Part shown: positions 27,836-36,957 of the stretch, in pieces
Layout of the letters: every line of letters starts with the position of its first letter
Numbering within the stretch: position 1 is the stretch's first letter
Source: a virus
Taxonomy: Duplodnaviria > Caudoviricetes
Reading direction: 5' to 3' (one strand)
Length of the DNA: 64,000 bases
IMG/VR virus record: IMGVR_UViG_2561511128_000006
Span: 8,418 to 72,417 of that record
Made by a program: the position numbers and the translations under genes
The notes under the pieces: model-generated
Seen by the model: the letters and a program-made list of their open reading frames with translations, nothing else
Databases searched by the model: none
What the model was told of the DNA's origin: nothing

Positions 27836-28906
27836 TTACTTGTTATCGTATTTCAAGGCCGTAGCCCGGATTCGATCCGCAAAGGGGATAATATCTTCCA
27901 GTTTTTCGATGTCTTCCTTTGCGTCCTTATTCTCCCCATCAAACAGTCCGACCCTCCACTGTTTTCCGTTGAAATACAGGCGGCACAGAGGCTTGAGCCT
28001 GTTGTCGTCAAGAAGGATGGAGCAGTAGCTGATGCTGTCCCGCATGGCTACGCGCCCCGGATCAACGGTGCCCATCAGAAGCGATTTGACAAGGTAATAC
28101 GCCTCTTTTTCTTCCTCGGTGGTGACTATACGCGAATCCTGCTCTTTTCCTTGTGGGGTATCTTCGGACTCTATCTCTACAATTTCCGGTTTCTGCTGCG
28201 TCATGGCATTTTTCAATCGGTCGTTGATGCGGTCGTTGATGAACTGGTCAAGCGCAGCGGTAAGGATTGGAGTGAAGCGATCCAGAACGTTTTGCGTGAT
28301 ACGCCCATCATACGTCTGTCCGATGAAAAAGCGTGCGAAATCTTCGTGGGGCGTTTCCATTTGTTCGGACATGAGGCGTTTGAACTCTCGGTTGTACTTG
28401 AGTTCGTTTGCCGCGCTCATGCAGGCATCCCGATCAAACTTGCCTTTTGCCAACTTGCGCAGTTCCGGGAGCAACATTTCATCCATATCGTCAAGGACGA
28501 ACTCCATATAGGGCTTGCTGTCCATTTTGTTGGCTGTTTCAAGATCGGAATAGAACCGGTAACGGTTGCCGTCCGTCAGGATGGCAATGGGGGCTTCCGT
28601 CCCGTGGAAGTAAAGCTGTAGCTGGTTGCAGTGCTTCATGTCGAGAGACGTGCCCAAAGCCTTGCACTCCAGAAGAAGGATAGGCTTGCCGTCCACAAGA
28701 ATCGCATAGTCCACGCGGGCGTCCTTATATTCGCCGATGGGGGCTGAAAATTCGGGCACGACTTCCGCAGGGTTGAAAACGTCGTATCCCAGGGCCGCGA
28801 TGAAAGGCATCACCAAGGCGTTTTTCGTGGCCTCTTCGGTCTTGAGGCTATCTCCCAGATTCTTTACCTTTTTCGACAATTCAGCAATTCTTTCCGAAAA
28901 ATCCAT
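27836..28906 (-). CDS. HsdR N-terminal-like PD-(D/E)XK nuclease-domain protein
   Basis: EEATKNAL..PF..ALGYDVFNP.EV.PE, RVDYAI, LLECK, ILTDG; no helicase motifs. Confidence 0.85.
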   Translation of the reverse strand: MDFSERIAELSKKVKNLGDSLKTEEATKNALVMPFIAALGYDVFNPAEVVPEFSAPIGEYKDARVDYAILVDGKPILLLECKALGTSLDMKHCNQLQLYFHGTEAPIAILTDGNRYRFYSDLETANKMDSKPYMEFVLDDMDEMLLPELRKLAKGKFDRDACMSAANELKYNREFKRLMSEQMETPHEDFARFFIGQTYDGRITQNVLDRFTPILTAALDQFINDRINDRLKNAMTQQKPEIVEIESEDTPQGKEQDSRIVTTEEEKEAYYLVKSLLMGTVDPGRVAMRDSISYCSILLDDNRLKPLCRLYFNGKQWRVGLFDGENKDAKEDIEKLEDIIPFADRIRATALKYDNK

Positions 28907-28938
28907 TGCACTCCCCCTTAAAAAATCATGTATTGAGG

Positions 28939-29931
28939 TTATTTCTGTAACTCTTTTAGATAATTGGGAACATATTCATGGACAGACTCTTTTCCGGGAA
29001 TTTTCATTGAGATCATATCCCCTTTTTGTCCTTTTCCATAAGCGCGGGCCGTAACAATTTTTACGGCTCCATTCGCATCAAAAAAGTTTTCCAACGCACG
29101 GATACCCGAATTTGAAATTCTGCGGGTATCCATTTCGTTAAGAGGACTGGGGAAAACCAAAGCTATTGCGCACCAATTCTTTGAATTTTTTTCAAAAACC
29201 AGTTTATAGCCCCCAAGTTTGGAGTACGTAGGTAAGGATTTCTTTATGAAAGTCTCAATGTCTTTCTGCGTCCATGTATAATTGTATTCGGGGGCCTTTG
29301 GTCGGCACTCTTCGTGCCCAATGCGCCAGAAGGTATCGGCTTGCTCCCAGTCTTTGACTGTTTTAATTTTTTCACAGTCAGGGCTTAAGTTTTTTGCTCT
29401 ATTTGTGGAATTGGTATTTTGGGGCGCGATTCCTTCTGGGTGCCTTGAGTTGAGCCATGCCCCTGCAACTACCAAGCAAACGAATAGAACCAGTAATTTT
29501 TTTGCTTTGCTTGGCTTTTTTTTGTTTTGCTGTGCAAATGGGGTTGGTTTTCCACGCTCTTGGGCCAATTGTTCATCAAAAAGGTGTGCGCGGATAACCT
29601 CCATCATGGGGCTATTCACCTTTGCCAATGCCTTATTTCCATTTTTGAACTCAATAATGACGGTAGACTCAGTCGTCTTGCCTCCAGCTACCGCACCCGC
29701 AACCGCTCCGATGCCTCCAAGCAAGACGCCGCCGACAAGTGCGCCTCCCAAAGTTCCGCCGAGCTTTTTGACCGATTCTTCATTGGCTACTTCGCAAGAG
29801 GCAATACTGGAAAGAAAAAGTTCCTTTGCTCCAAACATTTTTGAAGAGCAACGCAACTGGTTTTTATTTTTAATGTAAATATATTCTTCTTTCCCGTAGT
29901 CCCCTGCCAGAAATTTGATGTAGGTAGCCAT
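28939..29931 (-). CDS. AT-rich membrane-anchored accessory protein
   Basis: Gly-rich GGALVGG segment, central TM after a basic patch, periplasmic-type C-terminus. Confidence 0.75.
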   Translation of the reverse strand: MATYIKFLAGDYGKEEYIYIKNKNQLRCSSKMFGAKELFLSSIASCEVANEESVKKLGGTLGGALVGGVLLGGIGAVAGAVAGGKTTESTVIIEFKNGNKALAKVNSPMMEVIRAHLFDEQLAQERGKPTPFAQQNKKKPSKAKKLLVLFVCLVVAGAWLNSRHPEGIAPQNTNSTNRAKNLSPDCEKIKTVKDWEQADTFWRIGHEECRPKAPEYNYTWTQKDIETFIKKSLPTYSKLGGYKLVFEKNSKNWCAIALVFPSPLNEMDTRRISNSGIRALENFFDANGAVKIVTARAYGKGQKGDMISMKIPGKESVHEYVPNYLKELQK

Positions 29932-30005
29932 ACATCATCCCCCTTATTATAGATGAGGCTATCATGGCATAGGCCGTTCCAAAAATCCACCGCCGCCGCC
30001 CTCCG

Positions 30006-30027
30006 CCCCGAAAGGGGCTTTTCCTTT
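30006..30027 (+). terminator. Hairpin terminator
   Basis: GCCCC-GAAA-GGGGC-TTTTCCTTT. Confidence 0.65.
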
Positions 30028-30035
30028 GCCTGTAC

Positions 30036-30080
30036 GAACCTTGTTCACGGTATCTGCCCCGTTGTCCTGCGGGCTATCCT
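30036..30080 (+). promoter_or_regulatory. Late-promoter motif copy 3
   Basis: GAACCTTGTTCACGGT then TATCCT 23 nt later. Confidence 0.72.
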
Positions 30081-30118
30081 TTTTCAATGTGCTGTATTGG
30101 CACGTAAGGAGGTAGCGC

Positions 30119-30391
30119 ATGAACGCAATGGAACTGAAAAGGGGATTTCATCTTGCGGTTGAAGATTCCCGCATCATCCCCACCGGGAACGGGGTGTTTA
30201 TCGAATATGACGGTTTCTTGAGCAAAAAGATGGAGGGGCTGAGGGCACTCCTCATTCAATGTTACCCCGACGCGGCAACACGTTTTCCAGAAGCGTTTGC
30301 ACATCGCTATTCTCAGGATGAAATTGCAGAGCATAGTCGTCGGTTACGCGAGCAACGAACAGAAAAGACAGGTTTCCGAGAACCCTGCTGA
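30119..30391 (+). CDS. Hypothetical protein
   Basis: AAGGAGG RBS directly after motif copy 3. Confidence 0.6.
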   Translation: MNAMELKRGFHLAVEDSRIIPTGNGVFIEYDGFLSKKMEGLRALLIQCYPDAATRFPEAFAHRYSQDEIAEHSRRLREQRTEKTGFREPC

Positions 30392-30545
30392 GGTCGCTCT
30401 GGATCTGCTGTGCATGAGGCCCGGAGAGGAGCAGAAATAAGCCGGGGCGGATCGGAATATACCCGGCTCCATACATGCGGTTGAGCTCCTCCCTTTCATT
30501 GGAGGCTTCGCCGGGCTGTTTTTCATAAGCTACAAGATAGGACAT
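30252..30545 (-). CDS. Small protein, possible ferredoxin-like (Cas2/VapD-type) fold
   Basis: GGGAGGGG RBS; MSYLVAYE N-terminal strand; overlaps the opposite-strand ORF. Confidence 0.5.
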   Translation of the reverse strand: MSYLVAYEKQPGEASNEREELNRMYGAGYIPIRPGLFLLLSGPHAQQIQSDLSRVLGNLSFLFVARVTDDYALQFHPENSDVQTLLENVLPRRGNIE

Positions 30546-30635
30546 ATTCCCCTCCCTGTTTTTCCCAAACCGGCACACAATGGAGGGGATGTCAAGAATG
30601 ATTTCAGGGCATCATCCTGAAAAAGGAAGGTCCGC

Positions 30636-30833
30636 ATGTACGTTGAAAATACCAATTATTGGGTTGAGGTTGTGTTGCGGCAGTTAAAGGGGTTTGTCCC
30701 CAAGGGCGAGCCTGTCCATTTTCACATTTGTTTTTCCATGGTGGGGGGGGAACCCACGATAGATTTCACGGCTGTTCAGGTTTTTGATGAGGAAGATCAA
30801 CTACAACCTCAAACCGAACCCGCGATGTGCTAG
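30636..30833 (+). CDS. Hypothetical protein
   Basis: AAGGAAGG RBS. Confidence 0.45.
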   Translation: MYVENTNYWVEVVLRQLKGFVPKGEPVHFHICFSMVGGEPTIDFTAVQVFDEEDQLQPQTEPAMC

Positions 30834-31131
30834 AATCGGATGTTTCCCGGTGCCCATCCGCCTTCAGACTCGCGGCAATCACGGCCACGCCAAAACCGCC
30901 TCCAGCCTTGCCAGACTTGCTGGCCGTAATGGCAATATCAAAAGCCACGGTCTGCAATTGGGTTTGGGAATGAAACGCTTCGGGGTTCTTGATCCGTTCA
31001 GGGCCATTTTCTTTAGCATGGTAGTACGGATTAATGAGCGCCCCAGAGCCCCGCAACCGCGTCTGCGCGCCGTGGATGCCCTCGGCAATCTGGCACAGCG
31101 TTTCTTCTACAAAGCTCTTCAAGTCCATCAT
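30766..31131 (-). CDS. Trypco2-like small beta-rich protein
   Basis: MDLKSFVEETL...VAFDIAITA...GGGFGV...SRVRFEV pattern. Confidence 0.6.
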   Translation of the reverse strand: MMDLKSFVEETLCQIAEGIHGAQTRLRGSGALINPYYHAKENGPERIKNPEAFHSQTQLQTVAFDIAITASKSGKAGGGFGVAVIAASLKADGHRETSDSSTSRVRFEVVVDLPHQKPEQP

Positions 31132-31211
31132 TATGGCGGCTCCTTGCTTTCCGAGTAGGACGCCATAACGCATGTCCCATGTCAAGCGCCAGAGGTGAGA
31201 GAGCTTTTCCC

Positions 31212-31255
31212 GAACCTTGTTCACGGTGTGCCCCCACGCCGCCATGCGGCATCAT
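31212..31255 (+). promoter_or_regulatory. Late-promoter motif copy 4
   Basis: GAACCTTGTTCACGGT then CATCAT 22 nt later. Confidence 0.75.
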
Positions 31256-31281
31256 CTCCAAAACACTATGGAGGTGCAGCG

Positions 31282-32070
31282 ATGGAAAATTCCCCCCTGG
31301 CTCTTTTTGAACATGAAAAATTCGGTTCCCTTCGCGTCGTCAGAAGTGATCAGGGGGCCCAGTGGTTCGTGGCGAAAGACGTGTGCGGGTGTCTCGGGCT
31401 GGATACCAGTAACCTTTCAAAAATGTTGGATGAAGACGAGCTTTCGACCTACCCCGTACAGTATACGGATCAGGTCAGGAATCTTTCCGTCGTATCCGAA
31501 CCGGGCCTGTATTCCCTCATCCTGCGTTCCCGCAAGCCCGAAGCCAAGGCGTTCAAGCGGTGGGTGACGCATGAGGTCATCCCCTCCATCCGCAAGACGG
31601 GCGGCTACCTGATAGCCAAGCCGGACGATACCCCCGAAGCCATCCTTGCCCGCGCCGTGCTGGTCGCGCAGGACACCATCAGGCGCATCGAAGCCGAGCG
31701 CGACGAGGCAATCCGCACCAAGGCCGAAATTGGTTCACGCCGCGAGGCCACCGCAATGGCAACCGCCTCCGCAGCCGTACGCAAGGCTGCGGCTCTTGAG
31801 AACGAACTTGGGCGGGGCAGGGACTACAAGTCCGTGAAGGGCATCCCGTGGTTCCTTGACGTCTTCGCAGATACGCCAGCCGCGTACTCCGTCGCAGGAC
31901 GCAAGCTTTCCGATATGTCCCGCCGTATGGATTACGAAATCCGGGAAATCGAGGACAGCCGTTTCGGGAGCGTGAAGGCGTACCACGTCGACGTGATCGA
32001 AGCCTTCCGGCTGGCCCTGAAAAACGACCTGAACATGCTGGGCAAGTACCGCCTTCGCCGTGCCGCATAG
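31282..32070 (+). CDS. BRO-N antirepressor-like protein (second family in prophage 1)
   Basis: FGSLRVV..WFVAKDVC..LG, SEPGLYSLILRSRKPEAKAFKRWVTHEVIPSIRKTGGY. Confidence 0.92.
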   Translation: MENSPLALFEHEKFGSLRVVRSDQGAQWFVAKDVCGCLGLDTSNLSKMLDEDELSTYPVQYTDQVRNLSVVSEPGLYSLILRSRKPEAKAFKRWVTHEVIPSIRKTGGYLIAKPDDTPEAILARAVLVAQDTIRRIEAERDEAIRTKAEIGSRREATAMATASAAVRKAAALENELGRGRDYKSVKGIPWFLDVFADTPAAYSVAGRKLSDMSRRMDYEIREIEDSRFGSVKAYHVDVIEAFRLALKNDLNMLGKYRLRRAA

Positions 32071-32072
32071 CC

Positions 32073-32116
32073 GAACTTTGTTCACGGTGATTTCGTCCCG
32101 GCTCTTTTGCCATGAT
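32073..32116 (+). promoter_or_regulatory. Late-promoter motif copy 5
   Basis: GAACTTTGTTCACGGT then CATGAT 22 nt later; re-starts the neck/tail operon. Confidence 0.75.
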
Positions 32117-32144
32117 GACCAAAACAACGGAGGGATACAGAGAT

Positions 32145-32558
32145 ATGGCCAGACCCAAAAAGAATACCGCCCCGGAAACAACGCAGGCGACGAAGACGGA
32201 TACCGTGATGGTCGCCTTGAACCGGACGACCGGGATCACGTTCCCCATGCCCGACGGACGCAAGGTGCTCATCGAAGGCAACGCCGCCAGCCTGCGCGGA
32301 AAGGAAAAGGGCGTGCTGCCCGTGGGCGCGTTTGGGCTGACGCGGGTGAACGCCGACGATTGGGCATACATTGAAAAGACCTATGGTCCGCACATGGAAA
32401 TCTTCAAGTCCGGGCTCATCTTCGCGCAGGCGCGCAAGGCCGACGCCGTGGACGAGGCCGACGAAAGGGCGGAACTGCGCAACGGGCTGGAGCCCGTGGA
32501 TGTGGAGAACGACCCCAAGGCGCAGACCGAACCGCTCCAGAGCAAGGCGGGGTTCTAA
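32145..32558 (+). CDS. Virion structural/assembly protein
   Basis: GGAGGG RBS; first gene of the neck/tail operon. Confidence 0.7.
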   Translation: MARPKKNTAPETTQATKTDTVMVALNRTTGITFPMPDGRKVLIEGNAASLRGKEKGVLPVGAFGLTRVNADDWAYIEKTYGPHMEIFKSGLIFAQARKADAVDEADERAELRNGLEPVDVENDPKAQTEPLQSKAGF

Positions 32559-32561
32559 ACC

Positions 32562-32993
32562 GTGGCTGTTGTTGTCTTTGCCCCGCAGGAGTTCCGGGAG
32601 GCCTACCCGTGCTTCGTCGATCCGAAGACCGGGCAGCCCCTCCTGACCGATGCACAGCTTCGGCAGGCATTCGACGTCGCCTGTCTGCTCTTGGACAACA
32701 CAAACTCATCCCCGGTTCCTTATGATCCGGCCCACGGCGTCATGATCCGCAAGACGCTGCTGTATCTCCTCGTCTGCCATCTGGCGACGCTGGCCTTGTG
32801 GCCGATGGGGCAGGCCGGGCCAGTGGCCTCGGCGACGGAAGGAACTGTCAGCATCAGCTTCTCCGTGCCCCAGGACACCGGGAAAGCCTTTTACGCGCAG
32901 ACGCCGTGCGGACAGACGTTTTGGCAGGCCATCCAGCCCTATGCCGTAGGCGGGCGCTACTATGCCGCCCGGTATTGGCATCCGTGGGGGTAA
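32562..32993 (+). CDS. DUF4054 head-tail connector
   Basis: FREAYP.F, LLVCHLATL, ASATEGTVSIS, QTPCGQ.FW. Confidence 0.85.
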   Translation: MAVVVFAPQEFREAYPCFVDPKTGQPLLTDAQLRQAFDVACLLLDNTNSSPVPYDPAHGVMIRKTLLYLLVCHLATLALWPMGQAGPVASATEGTVSISFSVPQDTGKAFYAQTPCGQTFWQAIQPYAVGGRYYAARYWHPWG

Positions 32994-33556
32994 TGGTGTC
33001 CGGAGAACTCGAAAAGCTGCTCAAGCGGTACATTACCCCCGATATCGTCGTGAAGGCCGGGGTGCTCGAAAATGCGACGCGGGGCGAAGGTGGTACCCCA
33101 GTCGCGGAGTATGCGGCGTACAACGAATACGGCGCAACAATCGAAATCCCTGAGCGGACGCAAACCTTGTACTTCAAGCGGAAGCGTGACGGCAGCGTCG
33201 GGAATCGGTTCGTGAAGAAGGGCAAAAGTGATTTTGCGCAGGATGCGTCGGTCAAAGCCCACACCGTCACCATCCCCTCCCGGCCTTTCCTGCGCTCGAC
33301 GCTCGATGCCAAGGCAGACGCATGGTGTGATAACCTTGCGGAAGCATTGGAAGCCGGACGGACTCCGAAAGAGGCGATGCGGCTTGTGGGACGCCGCATG
33401 GCAGACGACATTCAGGCAACGATCAAGAGCAATATGCCCCCGGACAACGCCGAATCCACCAAGCGCCGCAAGAACGCCAAGGGCGCGGGAAAGGGGACGC
33501 TCATCGATTCCGGAAGCCTGCTCAAGTCCATCGATTACGAGGTAGTCAAAAGATGA
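32993..33556 (+). CDS. Neck protein (gp10-like)
   Basis: AAYNEYG, IPSRPFLR, LIDSGSLLKSI. Confidence 0.8.
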   Translation: MVSGELEKLLKRYITPDIVVKAGVLENATRGEGGTPVAEYAAYNEYGATIEIPERTQTLYFKRKRDGSVGNRFVKKGKSDFAQDASVKAHTVTIPSRPFLRSTLDAKADAWCDNLAEALEAGRTPKEAMRLVGRRMADDIQATIKSNMPPDNAESTKRRKNAKGAGKGTLIDSGSLLKSIDYEVVKR

Positions 33557-33984
33557 ATCTCCATGAACTTGTGCGTCCGCTTATCGGCATCGTGAACCCT
33601 TTTCAGTCGGTCGTGATTCTCGTCTCCACAGGCTTCACCGTAAACGCGCAGTATGAGCAGGTCCCGGCATGGGCCCCTGCCGTGGAAGTCATGGCGCAGC
33701 CGCAGCCTGTCGCCGACAAAACGCTGCAATTCCTCGTGCAGCAGCGCCAGAACACGATCTGGCACGACTTTTATCTTTCAGGGGACTGGTCGGCCCTTGA
33801 TCGTCCGGCGGAGCAGGGCGGCGATCTTCTCTACTGGGATGGCGCCGAGTGGCAGGTAGATCAGGTTCTGGAGCGCTGGAATCCCACGGCGGGCTGGACG
33901 AAAATCCGGTGCGTGAAACTCAGGGAAATCGCGCCGCCGGAAGTCGGGGCCACGGAACCGCCCAAAGGGGGAGACGATGAGTGA
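33553..33984 (+). CDS. Head-tail adaptor/closure protein
   Basis: Synteny; GGDLL.W...W.V motif. Confidence 0.7.
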   Translation: MNLHELVRPLIGIVNPFQSVVILVSTGFTVNAQYEQVPAWAPAVEVMAQPQPVADKTLQFLVQQRQNTIWHDFYLSGDWSALDRPAEQGGDLLYWDGAEWQVDQVLERWNPTAGWTKIRCVKLREIAPPEVGATEPPKGGDDE

Positions 33985-34462
33985 CGGCATCCTCGTGCAG
34001 GCCCTCGGCGATTTTTGTAAGCGTTACCTCGGCGATTCCGCCGTCGTGGTGCGCGGCTACGTCAACCGTGTGAGCAAGCCGAAGACCAAAAGCTACGTGC
34101 TCGTCACCCCGATGACCATGACGCGCCTCTCGACGAACCTGCACCAGACCGAGTGCGGCGGGGAGGCCATCGTGCAGCCGCAGCGCCGCCGTGTCCAGCT
34201 TGACGTCTACGGCCCGACCGCCGCCGACCGTGCCCAGACGCTCGCAACGCTCCTGCGCGACGGCGTCGGGTGCCGCTTCCTGCAAACGTACGGGATTGCC
34301 CCCCTGTACGTCGAAGACCCGCAGGACATGACACAGGCGGAGGGGGACGAGCAGTACAACCCCCGCTTCATGCTCAATGTGCTGATTCAGGCGAACCGCG
34401 TTGAACACGTTGAGATGGATACTTTTACCGACGCGGAACTTTCCGTGCATCCGCTGGCATAG
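33977..34462 (+). CDS. Tail terminator-like protein
   Basis: Synteny before the sheath; VQLDVYG motif. Confidence 0.7.
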   Translation: MSDGILVQALGDFCKRYLGDSAVVVRGYVNRVSKPKTKSYVLVTPMTMTRLSTNLHQTECGGEAIVQPQRRRVQLDVYGPTAADRAQTLATLLRDGVGCRFLQTYGIAPLYVEDPQDMTQAEGDEQYNPRFMLNVLIQANRVEHVEMDTFTDAELSVHPLA

Positions 34463-34477
34463 CAAAAGGAGGGCGCA

Positions 34478-35983
34478 ATGAGCGTCAATGCCGACAAACT
34501 GGTTCAAATCATCCCCCGCATCATCGAGGGCGGCACGCCGGGCCTGACCTTCGCCGGGCTCCTGCTTTCGCAGTCCGAGCTTTTGCCCGCAGGCCGGGTC
34601 GTGCAGTTCGCCAGCGCGCAGGCTGTGGCGAATTATTTCGGCTCGCTTTCGGAAGAGGCAAGCATGGCTTCCATGTACTTTTCCGGCTATGTGAACACGA
34701 CGAGCCTCCCGGACAAGATCTTCTTTGCCCGGTACAACGGCGAGGCCGTGGGCGCATGGCTGCGCGGCGCGAAGTATACGGGCAATCTCGCCGCGTTGCA
34801 GGCCGTCACCAACGGCGCGATGGTTATTTCCATCGACAACACGCCGCACACGCTTTCCTCCGTGGATTTGTCCGCTGCAACCAGCTTCTCGCAGGTTGCG
34901 GAGGCGATCCAGACCGCGCTCACGACGGCGGGCGCGACCGGGGCGAAGGTGACGTACTCCAGCCAGACTGGGGCGTTCCAGATCGACAGCCCGACGACCG
35001 GGGCAAGTTCCGCCGTGGCCTTTCCGACGCCGCCGGAAGCCGGGACCGACCTCGGCGCACTGCTTCTGCTCACCGAACAGTCCGGTGCCGTCCAGTCCGT
35101 AGGCATGGCTGGCCAGACGCTCCCCGACTGCATGACCAACGTGCTCCTGTACGCCCGCGATTGGGTGACGTTCTCCACGGTATGGGAGCCCGAGCTTGAC
35201 GACAAGATCGCGCTCGCCCAGTGGTGCGCCGGATATGACACCCGTTTCGCCTATGTGATGTGGGATACCGACAACGCCGCGCAGGTCGCGGGCTCCACCG
35301 CCTCGGCGGGGTATCAGATTGCCAAGGTGCTCGAACTCGACGGGACGGTTCCCGTGTTCAACACGCCTGAACTCGCCGCGTGGGTCATGGGCACGGCGGC
35401 CTCCATCAACTTTGAAGAGACGAACGGACGGCTCACCTTCGCATTCAAGCAGGGCGAAGGGCTTGCCGTAACCTGCGACAACGACGAGAACTATGATGCG
35501 CTGATCGCCAATGGCTACAACTGCTATGCGGACTTCGCCACGGCCTCCAGCCAGTTCAAGTTTTTCCAGAATGGGCAGGTTTCCGGCAAATGGGGCTGGC
35601 TCGACACCTACCTTGACGCCATCGCCATCAAAAACGGCCTCCAGCTTAACCTCCTTGATCTGTTCAAGGCCGTAAAGTGCATCCCCTACAACGAGAGCGG
35701 CTACGGCATGATCCGCACGGCATGTCTCGACACCATCACGCGGTTTCTCGACTTCGGGGCTATCCGCACGGGCGTGACCCTCTCGAACACCCAAAAGGTG
35801 CAGCTCCTCGCGGAAATCGGGCTGGACGTTTCCCAGACGCTCGAAACGCAGGGCTGGTACATGCAGGTCAAGGACCCCGGCGCGACCGTGCGCGGACAGC
35901 GCCAGTCCCCCGAATGCAAATTCTACTACATGGACGGCGGCAGCGTGCAGCAAATCGTCATGCCCGCCACGGCCATTCAGTGA
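34478..35983 (+). CDS. Tail sheath protein (DUF3383)
   Basis: 501 aa; V.YFG..S.EA, IPYNESG motifs; synteny. Confidence 0.88.
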   Translation: MSVNADKLVQIIPRIIEGGTPGLTFAGLLLSQSELLPAGRVVQFASAQAVANYFGSLSEEASMASMYFSGYVNTTSLPDKIFFARYNGEAVGAWLRGAKYTGNLAALQAVTNGAMVISIDNTPHTLSSVDLSAATSFSQVAEAIQTALTTAGATGAKVTYSSQTGAFQIDSPTTGASSAVAFPTPPEAGTDLGALLLLTEQSGAVQSVGMAGQTLPDCMTNVLLYARDWVTFSTVWEPELDDKIALAQWCAGYDTRFAYVMWDTDNAAQVAGSTASAGYQIAKVLELDGTVPVFNTPELAAWVMGTAASINFEETNGRLTFAFKQGEGLAVTCDNDENYDALIANGYNCYADFATASSQFKFFQNGQVSGKWGWLDTYLDAIAIKNGLQLNLLDLFKAVKCIPYNESGYGMIRTACLDTITRFLDFGAIRTGVTLSNTQKVQLLAEIGLDVSQTLETQGWYMQVKDPGATVRGQRQSPECKFYYMDGGSVQQIVMPATAIQ

Positions 35984-35994
35984 TGAGGTAAAAC

Positions 35995-36444
35995 ATGGCT
36001 GACAACTTCGGCAACATGACGATTACAGCGGCAAATTGCACGCTTTTCCTGACGGTTCCCGGGCTCTACGACAGTCCCGTGCAGATCGAGGGGTTCAGCA
36101 CCGACGCGATGGTCAGCGTCGCCACGAATACCCCAGTCGTCGCGGAAAAGGGCGTTGACGGGCATACCTCCTTTGGGTGGGTTCCGACAAACAAGGAAGT
36201 CACAATCACTCTCGCGGCGGACAGTCCGAGCCGCCAGATCATGGAAGACTGGGCGACGTATCAGGAAACCGCCCGGGAAGTGATGCTCTGCAATGCCGAG
36301 TTCGCCATGCCGAGCATCAACCGGAAGATCACCGGAAAACGGGGCGGCCTCACCTCCGTGCAGTCCAGCCCCAACGCCGCTCAGACCTTGCAGGCGAGCG
36401 CCTTCGTCATCACCTTTGACCAGTGGACCGCGAGTCCGCTTTAA
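35995..36444 (+). CDS. Tail tube protein
   Basis: 149 aa after the sheath; GVDG...G, TITLAADSPS. Confidence 0.8.
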   Translation: MADNFGNMTITAANCTLFLTVPGLYDSPVQIEGFSTDAMVSVATNTPVVAEKGVDGHTSFGWVPTNKEVTITLAADSPSRQIMEDWATYQETAREVMLCNAEFAMPSINRKITGKRGGLTSVQSSPNAAQTLQASAFVITFDQWTASPL

Positions 36445-36459
36445 ACCGTGGAGGCCGTC

Positions 36460-36957
36460 ATGCTCAACGAAAAGATCATTGCCATCGACAAGGGCCGCGA
36501 CGCCGGGAAGACCTTCAAGGTCAAGGAAATGCCCGTCACCAAGCTGGAAAAATGGGCCGCCCGTGCGCTGCTCGCCGTCTTCGGTTCCGAGATGCCCGCC
36601 GACATCCGAACGCTTTCAGCGTCATCGAACACCGCCGCGCTGCTTTCCGCCGGGCTCCGGGGGCTCTCAGGGCTCCGGTGGGAACAGGCCGAACCACTCT
36701 ATGACGAGCTTCTCGGGCAGATCTACCGCGTCCCGAACCCCCACAAGCCCGATGATGCCATCAGGCTCACCCCGCAAAACCTCGACGCCCATGTCGAGGA
36801 TGTGGGCACGATCTACCGCCTGCGTTGGGAGGCTATCGCCGTCTGTCTGGATTTTTTGCATGGCGGCGAGGGCTTGACCTCCCGCCTGTCGCAGATCCTC
36901 AACCTCTCGGGCTCCGGGACTACGCAAACCTCCCCGGATGCGTCGGCATCCCGGTAA
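36460..36957 (+). CDS. Tail assembly chaperone (G)
   Basis: Position between tube and tape measure; slippery T TTT TTG at 36852-36858. Confidence 0.8.
   Translation: MLNEKIIAIDKGRDAGKTFKVKEMPVTKLEKWAARALLAVFGSEMPADIRTLSASSNTAALLSAGLRGLSGLRWEQAEPLYDELLGQIYRVPNPHKPDDAIRLTPQNLDAHVEDVGTIYRLRWEAIAVCLDFLHGGEGLTSRLSQILNLSGSGTTQTSPDASASR

Noticed and set aside
33920-35953. 677-aa minus-strand ORF
   Set aside because: Antisense shadow of the terminator and sheath genes in high-GC DNA; no motifs or RBS
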